From IMG/VR virus record IMGVR_UViG_3300017991_000004, positions 32,001-96,000 of that record: a stretch of 64,000 bases of DNA. One strand, 5' to 3'. Of the stretch, positions 1-7,200 are shown piece after piece. Position 1 is the stretch's first letter; the number at the start of each line of letters is the position of its first letter. Both the position numbers and the translations under genes were made by a program. Below the pieces are notes generated by a model, which was not told where the DNA came from, made no database searches, and saw only the letters and a list, made by a program, of their open reading frames with translations. The DNA is from a virus.

Positions 1-1354
1 CGAGTTTGTCTCCTTCAGGCTTTTGCTTGCTCTCCAAACGGTCGAGGATGCCGTTGTACCTAACAAGTACCTTGTTCAGTAACTCGTCGTAGGTACGAGT
101 GGGCGGCATCGCTTTCGGGTCCATAGCGATGTACAGTTCCTTGCCGTCGAGTTGCACCCGGTCAACTTCATCGAAAGCACCAACCCACTCTGACACAATG
201 TCCCACGCTTTTTCAGCACCGCGAATAGTCTTGAAAGTATAGATGTGGACGTTGCCCTTGGCCTCGTCGAGTTCCTCAACTCTGCTGGTACCAGCAGACT
301 TTTCAGTCTCGGAGAGTTCACCCAGGTTGAGCCAAACATCCCAGGCGTTCACGATACTCTCCCACTGGTCGATGGTGCCAGTGACAAACTCGTCCCAGTC
401 CATTTCGTCCGGGTCGAGAAACTCGATGATACCCGTGAGCGCGTCGAGGTGTTCAGCGAAGTCCGGGTCGATTTGCTCCCGCTCCATTTTCTTCTTCCGC
501 AGGAGCGCGTGAAGTTTTCTTGCCGACGGCTTGAGCTGCCTGGCGCTGGCTTTCAGGTCGGAAATGTCGTCGCCGTCGGCAGCCAGATACTTCAAGTCGC
601 CTGTGTTACCTGTCTCGATGTCGGCCATGCCAGACTCGACCCAGGCATCCTTGTACTTGCCCGTAGTGCTGACGAAGAACTCCTTGAGTCCCTTGAGTTC
701 CTGGCGACGTTCCATGAGAAGTTGCTTACCGGTCTTGGGACCTGCCTTGGATGTCTCTTCGGCCGATTCCTTCGCCGACTCTTCGGACGCCTGCTCCGCC
801 AGCGCCTGTTCGTAGGCTTCGGTGAGGCGCTTTGTGACTTCCTCCGTCACGCGGGCGTCACCCACGGACGGGTCGGCCACACAGTCCCAGGTTTCCGGCT
901 CGAAATCTTCCTGCACCTCGTCCACACCGTCTTCCATCTTGACGATGGAACCCGTCGCGCGGGAAGAGAGGCCGAAGTTGAGGCGGTCGTCGATAAGGGA
1001 AGCGATGGTGCGGCCGGGAATAGTGGAAAGTGTCTCGAAGTTGATAAAAACTTCGTCGCCTTCCATCCACGCCTCGGTGACAAGAATGGCAGCCTTGTTG
1101 AGGTCGGACCGACCGTCCTCGGGGTGCTCGATATGGCCGAACACCTGGCGGGCCACGATTTTCGTCATGAACTGGGAACCCTCTTCCAGGTGCGGCCCCC
1201 AGGTCTTTTCCTTCATGTAGCGGCGCTTGTTGCGGTTGGTCTTGTTGCAGTGCTGCGCCTTAACCCGCTCAACCCGACGGCGGTTGTTTTCCAGCTTGGT
1301 AATCTTCGCCTCTTCCAGGCGAAGGATGACTCTTTCAGTCAGCAGTTGTGGCAT
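1..1354 (-). CDS. Prohead (maturation) protease, T4 gp21-like, with a long acidic C-terminal extension; 3' end lies outside the window
   Basis: Manually translated minus frame from ATG at 1354 (SD GAGGTGA), open to the window edge: MPQLLTERVIL...NKTNRNKRRY...FGHIEHP...FGLSSRATGS...WDCVADPSVGDA. These match the gp21 motifs NxNxRxY, GxxxHP, GxSSRxxGS and DxVxxPS. Confidence 0.85.
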   Translation of the reverse strand, partial: MPQLLTERVILRLEEAKITKLENNRRRVERVKAQHCNKTNRNKRRYMKEKTWGPHLEEGSQFMTKIVARQVFGHIEHPEDGRSDLNKAAILVTEAWMEGDEVFINFETLSTIPGRTIASLIDDRLNFGLSSRATGSIVKMEDGVDEVQEDFEPETWDCVADPSVGDARVTEEVTKRLTEAYEQALAEQASEESAKESAEETSKAGPKTGKQLLMERRQELKGLKEFFVSTTGKYKDAWVESGMADIETGNTGDLKYLAADGDDISDLKASARQLKPSARKLHALLRKKKMEREQIDPDFAEHLDALTGIIEFLDPDEMDWDEFVTGTIDQWESIVNAWDVWLNLGELSETEKSAGTSRVEELDEAKGNVHIYTFKTIRGAEKAWDIVSEWVGAFDEVDRVQLDGKELYIAMDPKAMPPTRTYDELLNKVLVRYNGILDRLESKQKPEGDKL

Positions 1355-1362
1355 GGTTCACC

Positions 1363-1761
1363 TCACACTATAGGACGCCGAGTTCTGCGGATGCCGAGTT
1401 TAACCCCGGCCCGACGGCTGTGCAGCGGCGACTCTTGCGATTGTGCGGCACCGCTGAACAGCCGTTGGGTCATGGTCATCTCCTGAACCTCCTTGTCCTC
1501 AACCGGGACGACTTCCTGCTGGCGCGGGAAATACACAACGTGCCCGTAGAGTCCAAGTTGGTCCTTGATGTCCCGCGATTTCGGAAGGTGGTTGAACCAA
1601 GAACGGTCTTCCGCCTTCTCGAGGTCGATACGGAACGTATTGCTCTTGTTTGCCTTTCCCTTGACGGGAATTTGCAGAACGAGCCAGGAGGAGGGCAGTC
1701 GGAGGTCACGGTGAAAGAGTACCGTCTCCGTGTCAGAGATGTCCGGCAAAACACGCGACAT
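1363..1761 (-). CDS. Hypothetical protein, head region (about 132 aa)
   Basis: ATG at 1761 overlaps the upstream stop (TAATG coupling); MSRVLPDISD... Confidence 0.6.
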   Translation of the reverse strand: MSRVLPDISDTETVLFHRDLRLPSSWLVLQIPVKGKANKSNTFRIDLEKAEDRSWFNHLPKSRDIKDQLGLYGHVVYFPRQQEVVPVEDKEVQEMTMTQRLFSGAAQSQESPLHSRRAGVKLGIRRTRRPIV

Positions 1762-2210
1762 TAGACAATTCCAACGTGCTTTTTGTACCGCTCCTCTGCA
1801 CGGTCTTGTGCGGCCCAACTCAGCAGCGTGTATACGGCCTGTCGCAGAGAACGCGCCAGTGTAGGCCAGTTCACGTTGCCGTTGGGTATGTTCCGTATCT
1901 GCTTCTCGATTTCCAGCCAACGCATAGCGACGTTAGCCTTCACGGAAGCGGGCATGGCTTCGGTCAGAAGTCGTGCCGAAACTTCTGGCCCCCATACCTC
2001 TAACAAAAGAGCCAGGTCGGAGGGGGATTCCTCCCCCTCCGCCTGACTCTCGATTCGTAACATCCTCTTCAGGATACCGACGATGTAGGCGTAATCTTCT
2101 TTCCGCCCCGCCTTTGCTGCTGCCGCTTTCGCCTTCTGCCAGAGCTTTTCGACCGCCGAAACGGTCTTCCCTGACTTCTGCGCGAACGACTTAACTACGG
2201 CTGCGGGCAT
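1761..2210 (-). CDS. Small head-associated protein with basic helical N-terminus
   Basis: 149 aa, SD GGAGG; MPAAVVKSFAQKSGKTVSAVEKLWQKAK... followed by xxE-type motifs (IES, LTEA); lies in the protease operon. Confidence 0.6.
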   Translation of the reverse strand: MPAAVVKSFAQKSGKTVSAVEKLWQKAKAAAAKAGRKEDYAYIVGILKRMLRIESQAEGEESPSDLALLLEVWGPEVSARLLTEAMPASVKANVAMRWLEIEKQIRNIPNGNVNWPTLARSLRQAVYTLLSWAAQDRAEERYKKHVGIV

Positions 2211-2223
2211 CGAGTTCCTCCGC

Positions 2224-3051
2224 CTAAATCTGGTTGATGTCGAACGTCACCCGGATGTCGATGGGAAGCAGGGTGCCGTCGTGCTCGAAGTCGGCTGTGA
2301 TATTCGGCGGTCCCGCGACGATGTTCTGGTTGAAGGTGATGACGACTTGCCCCGTCTCGTAGTTGATTACGGAATCAACATTGGGGTCCACATCGCCAAT
2401 CATCCGCCCCGTCACGCACGTCTTGCGTTCTTCCGCCGTCGGCCACGGCCAGTCTCTTGCCTCGACAGTCACCACCGGTCCCACCGCGATAGGTGCAAGG
2501 ATTCGCACCGTACCCGGAATGATGGGCATGACATTGGCCCCTCCGCCCGTCAGGTCGATAGTGTAGGGACCTGCCACGCCCGTACCGGCCACCAGGGTGT
2601 CCCAGGCAGCTTTGACGACGTTGCCTCTCCAGCGGAAACGAAGCACCGGCTTGTCGTCCTCGTCGTTCGGTGGAACGAACGGCATGGCGAACGCATGGCG
2701 CAGTTTCCCGTGAGGCACCACTGCACCCTGCACAGCAGGAGCGAACGGTGCCCACACATACTGGTAGGCGTATTCGTCTTCGCGGGGACCCGGAGCGACC
2801 GGACCGCCCTGACCCAGGAGGGCGAGGGACTGGGGTACCCGCAGAGCCGCTGCCGTTGCGGGCGGAGTCCCTCCAGGCGGTACGTTGTACGCCGCTGGAC
2901 GCACACCGTAGTCGATTTCGTAGAGTTGCGCGGCCGCGTTGCGCCAGCCGTGAACTCTCGCATCGACCTCCGCCTGGGGCGGTATCCCGTGGAAGAGGAG
3001 ATAGGGTTCCGGCAATGCCAGCCGGCTTTGGTCTGTGAGGACCCTTTCCAT
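2224..3051 (-). CDS. Putative virion structural protein
   Basis: 275 aa, rich in G/V/T/P; contains the VINYETG motif shared with the neighbouring gene; SD AGGAGG. Confidence 0.6.
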   Translation of the reverse strand: MERVLTDQSRLALPEPYLLFHGIPPQAEVDARVHGWRNAAAQLYEIDYGVRPAAYNVPPGGTPPATAAALRVPQSLALLGQGGPVAPGPREDEYAYQYVWAPFAPAVQGAVVPHGKLRHAFAMPFVPPNDEDDKPVLRFRWRGNVVKAAWDTLVAGTGVAGPYTIDLTGGGANVMPIIPGTVRILAPIAVGPVVTVEARDWPWPTAEERKTCVTGRMIGDVDPNVDSVINYETGQVVITFNQNIVAGPPNITADFEHDGTLLPIDIRVTFDINQI

Positions 3052-3102
3052 CGCTCTCCTCCTTTCCGAGAGTAGAAAACGTCAGTTCGTTGAGCGTGCT
3101 TC

Positions 3103-3858
3103 CTACGGCTCGGTCAGGGGCGAGTTCAGGTTGCGGAACCGGGCCGGCGTCACCAGCTTGAACCCAGCCTGCTCCCCGGCGTTGTTGTCGTCCCCGGCGT
3201 GGTCGGCGGCGACCATGACGCTGGAGCCCACGCCTGCGGAATACATCATGATGCCGACGAGGGACATGCCCCTGATGCCGTCGACATAGTTGTCCCCGCC
3301 GTTGGGGAGCAGGACGAGGTTGGCTTCACCGCCGCCCTGCACGATGGTCCCCGTGATAGGCACCGTGAACGCCAGCCAGCCCGTGTGGCTGTACCCGGCC
3401 GTCACCGCACCGCCGCCGAATGCGGCCATCCAGGTGAAGTCGATGTAGCCGGTCTCGTAGTTGATGGTTCCCACCACGGTCGCCGGTGCCGCGGCGTCGA
3501 CGATTTGGCCGATTCCATCGACCGACACGCCGTCGTCTTGGACGTTCTGGACGCCCACTGCGTCGTTGGCCGTGAAAGTTCCGGGCGTGATGCGCCGGTT
3601 GGCGAGCAGACCCTGGAACTGGTCCGTAATGCCAACCTGGAGCGCGGCGATGTTCTCACCGGCCACGACGACCGTGCGGCCCCTTGCGAGGACCTCGTAG
3701 GTCACGTCCTCGTTGCCCTTGTTCTTCAGGATGAACGCCTTGAGCAGATGCACGGGGCACTGCACGACGACCTGGTTCTGAGGGGGAGCGCCCCCTCCCT
3801 CTGCGGCGACGACGATTTCGTCCGTGCGCCTTCTGTACTCGGCTGCTCCGATGGGCAT
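3103..3858 (-). CDS. Putative virion structural protein
   Basis: 251 aa, beta-rich G/V/A/T composition; GTINYETG motif of the kind seen in phage sheath/baseplate accessory domains; SD AGGAG. Confidence 0.6.
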   Translation of the reverse strand: MPIGAAEYRRRTDEIVVAAEGGGAPPQNQVVVQCPVHLLKAFILKNKGNEDVTYEVLARGRTVVVAGENIAALQVGITDQFQGLLANRRITPGTFTANDAVGVQNVQDDGVSVDGIGQIVDAAAPATVVGTINYETGYIDFTWMAAFGGGAVTAGYSHTGWLAFTVPITGTIVQGGGEANLVLLPNGGDNYVDGIRGMSLVGIMMYSAGVGSSVMVAADHAGDDNNAGEQAGFKLVTPARFRNLNSPLTEP

Positions 3859-3886
3859 ATCTTTTCTCCTAAAAGTGCCCTATTGG

Positions 3887-4222
3887 TTAGCGAATGTTCC
3901 CGAGGTCAGCGACTTCGCCGTCTTCCTGGCGAAGCACAGTGACCAGCAATTTGAGATTTCCGCCAGCGTGAAGTGCGATTTCCCGCAGGGTCGCCCCCGA
4001 CAGGATTTGCACGTCCGACGTTCCGGGGTTGATGGTTGCGTTCGTCCCCGAAATGTCCGACCAAGCACCAGAGTCTCGCTCCTGGTACTTGATAGCCGCT
4101 GACGCCGAACCGTCCAGGTTCTCAACAAGGACTATTGCCGGGAGGTTCCCGTCATTCCGAAACGTGATGACCTGCGTTGCGACGCTCGGTGCGTCGATGG
4201 TCGTTGTCTTTACGTCGTTCAT
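3887..4222 (-). CDS. Putative small virion structural protein
   Basis: 111 aa, predicted beta-sandwich-like alternation of residues; in the structural operon. Confidence 0.55.
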   Translation of the reverse strand: MNDVKTTTIDAPSVATQVITFRNDGNLPAIVLVENLDGSASAAIKYQERDSGAWSDISGTNATINPGTSDVQILSGATLREIALHAGGNLKLLVTVLRQEDGEVADLGNIR

Positions 4223-4253
4223 TACCGCCCCCTATTAAAAGTTGCTGACGGCC

Positions 4254-7200
4254 CTAAATGAGCCGATGGACGACTGCCTGGATTTGCACGGGGGTCAGCT
4301 CTGGGCACTCGTCCCTCACAACCCGTGCGATTGTACCATACGGCTCTGCACTCTGGAAGAGTCCTTCAATGAGTCGGATAGCTTCCTCGTTCTCCTTCAG
4401 GCTGGCTACAGCGGTTTCGATGACGCTCTCCGCAGGGGCGGGAGCAGGCTGCGGCGCTGCCTGGGGCTCACCTTCGGGGGCAGGCGCGGGGGCCGGTTCC
4501 GCTGGCGCGGGAGCGGGCTGAGGTGCCGGAGTCCCTTCCGGCGGCGGTTCCTCTGAGGGCGCACCACCCTCCGGCTCCTCGCCCTTCGGAATTTCGCTCT
4601 TGGCGTCGGGGAACTCGGCCAGGAAGACGTCGTGCGCCTTGTTGAGTTCGGTAATCTTCTTGGTGAGTTCCTGCACCGTCTTTTCGATGTCCATCTTGCC
4701 CGTGAGCTTCTGGACCGCGCCCTGCGTCTTCTTCCCGATGTTTGCGCCTTGCAGCATGGCGACCGCCTTCAGCATGTTTGCCTGAGCGTCCACCATAATC
4801 TGCCGGATTTGCTTCAGGTTGGTGTAGGCGTTGGTGAAACTCTGGTTCACCGACTGCACTACATCCGCGTTCTCGTCGTCTGCCCCGATTTGCTCAGAGA
4901 TGGAGCGGCTCGGGTCGTAGCCGAAGGCTACGCGGCTCTGGATGATGTGGCCGCCGTTGTCCTCGGTGACCTTCACGGCGAAGGTTCGCGCGGTGTCGTC
5001 CTTCGGGTAGAGGTAGAGGGAAGTTGTCTCCTCGAACTCTCCGACCGACATCTGTTTCTTGAGTTCGGTCAGCGCCGTCTTGTACGCCTTGCGGTTCGGG
5101 AAATAGGCGACCATCAGCGCCGAATCGGACGCGACCTTCGACTCGGGGAGGTCGGTGAGTCGCTTGGACTCCTTCCTGCACCGCAAGCGATTGCGAGCCG
5201 CATCCGTGATGGACATCTTGCCCTCCTGCACGGCGCGGAGGCAAGCGGCAAGTGACGCCTCCTCTCCGAAGACCAGCACGTCCTTCGCCGGAACGGTGTG
5301 CAGGATGTTCTTGAACTCGATGACGGCGTCTTCCTTCACCCGGTCCACGATGCGGATTTCGGTCTTTTCGGGGATGTCATCTGCCGGTACCAGCAGTTCA
5401 CCAATGAGGGGCTGGAACTTTTGCACCTGGTCCTCACCTCTGTCCTTCGACGGGGATTCCCGGCTTTCACCGACGTACCAGGCGTCATCGCTCGGGTCCC
5501 GCATCCGCATCACGGCATCCTTGAAATCCCTGCCTGTGCCGGAACGGTCACGGTATTGTCCCATGCCCTTGACCAGTACGGGAATCGCAGCCATCACGTC
5601 GTCGGTGTTGAAGTCCGTTCTTCCGTCGATTTCGGCCTGTGCGTAGGCGGCATCCGTCAACGCATCGCCCATGTGACGCCCGCGAGTGCTGTCGAGGTAG
5701 GTTTGGATTTCCTCGCTGGTCGCCTTGGGCATCACCATCGAGTATGCGACAAACATCGCGTCCCAAATTTTCTGCCGGTCACGCTTGGACCGAGCGAGAG
5801 AACGAAGACTCCCGTCGAACCCGTAAGTCGGGTTGGCGGTTGAGATGGGCCGCGCCATCTCCTCGATGGATTCGCCCGTGGACTGCTCCGTGATACTTTC
5901 ATGCACGAAGGCGTAGCCTTCCTCACTTAACCACAAGAACAAGTCCTGCTTCGCAGACGGCGCTACCTCAAGGTAGCCGAGATTCCTCGACATCATCCCC
6001 GACCCGACAAAGGTGATGCCCATATCGTCCTGAATAAAATCTCGGAGAGCGGCAATGTTCTTACCTTTCAGTTGAACGTAGAACTTCACCGCCTTCGCTT
6101 CCTCGATGGACTCACCGGTAGGCTGCTCTTGCCCCTTCGGTTGCTCGGCGGGGGCGGCGGGAGGTGCCTGCGAGGGAGCCGGCTCGGGCGGGGTCTCCTC
6201 GCCCTTGGGTTCGGCTGCCTTCGGCGCTTCCTCGGGACCGGTCTCTTCGCCGCCCTCTTCCTCCTTCGCGCCCTGCTCCAGTTGCGCGGCGACCTGGTGG
6301 AGCAGTTTGCCCAGCATCATCTTGAGTTGAGGCTTGGGAATCTGCGCGCCGCAACTCGGGCAAGCGAAGGTTTCCTCGCCGCCCTCTTCCTCGCCAGGCA
6401 CTTCCTTCGGCTGCTCCGGCTCCGTCTTATCGCCATCCTGCGAAGGAGTGGGAGCCGCTGCCGGGGGTGGTTCGGTTGCAGGGGCCGCGTTCGGGTCGGC
6501 CGCCTGCGCTCCTGCCGCATCCGTCGAGGGAATCTGCTCGACCAGAGCCGGAGAGCTGGTATAGACAGATTCCTTGACTACGGGTACCTGTATACCTGCC
6601 TTCTTCAGCCACTTCAGGAACTTGTTCAAGTCGCTCCTGTTCTCAATGTCAAAGGTATTGGTGCCGCTACCACCTTCGTAGTCGATACCAGCCTCGTCCG
6701 CGATAACAGAAGCGCGTGTATACTTTGCGTAGTCCTTACCGAAATACTTTTTCAAATCCTTGTCAGAGATGTACACTTCCCACCAATCGCCCGTGCCTTG
6801 GTCTACGATGTGAGAATCATAGCGAGCGCCGAACTTCGCCTCCGATAGGGCGGAAATCTGCTTGACCAGCCCCTTGACCTTCTTGAGGGCGGATTCGCCG
6901 ATTGCCATCGCCTTGAGCAGTTCCTCGACCTCGCCGTATGCCTTGTCATCCTTGCAAGTGACCATGACGTAGCCCTCGTCGTTCAGGTCCACCGACACAA
7001 TGGCATCCGTCTCCTTCTTCTGAAGGATGTTGGTCAGCGATGTAGCGTCCGTCTCTTCGGGGAGTTCCAGCGGGTCGATAAGGACCGTCACGGTACCCTT
7101 CTGCGTCTCGAACTCCTCCAGGGACTTCTTGAAGGCTTCACCGAGAGGCTTGGAACACTTCGGACAGGCCAGGCGCTTGTAGGCTTCGTCGAGGTGCTTG

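Noticed and set aside
245-1486. 413-aa plus-strand ORF
   Set aside because: It is the exact antisense frame of the prohead protease gene, has no motifs, and is a typical shadow ORF of GC3-rich coding sequence.
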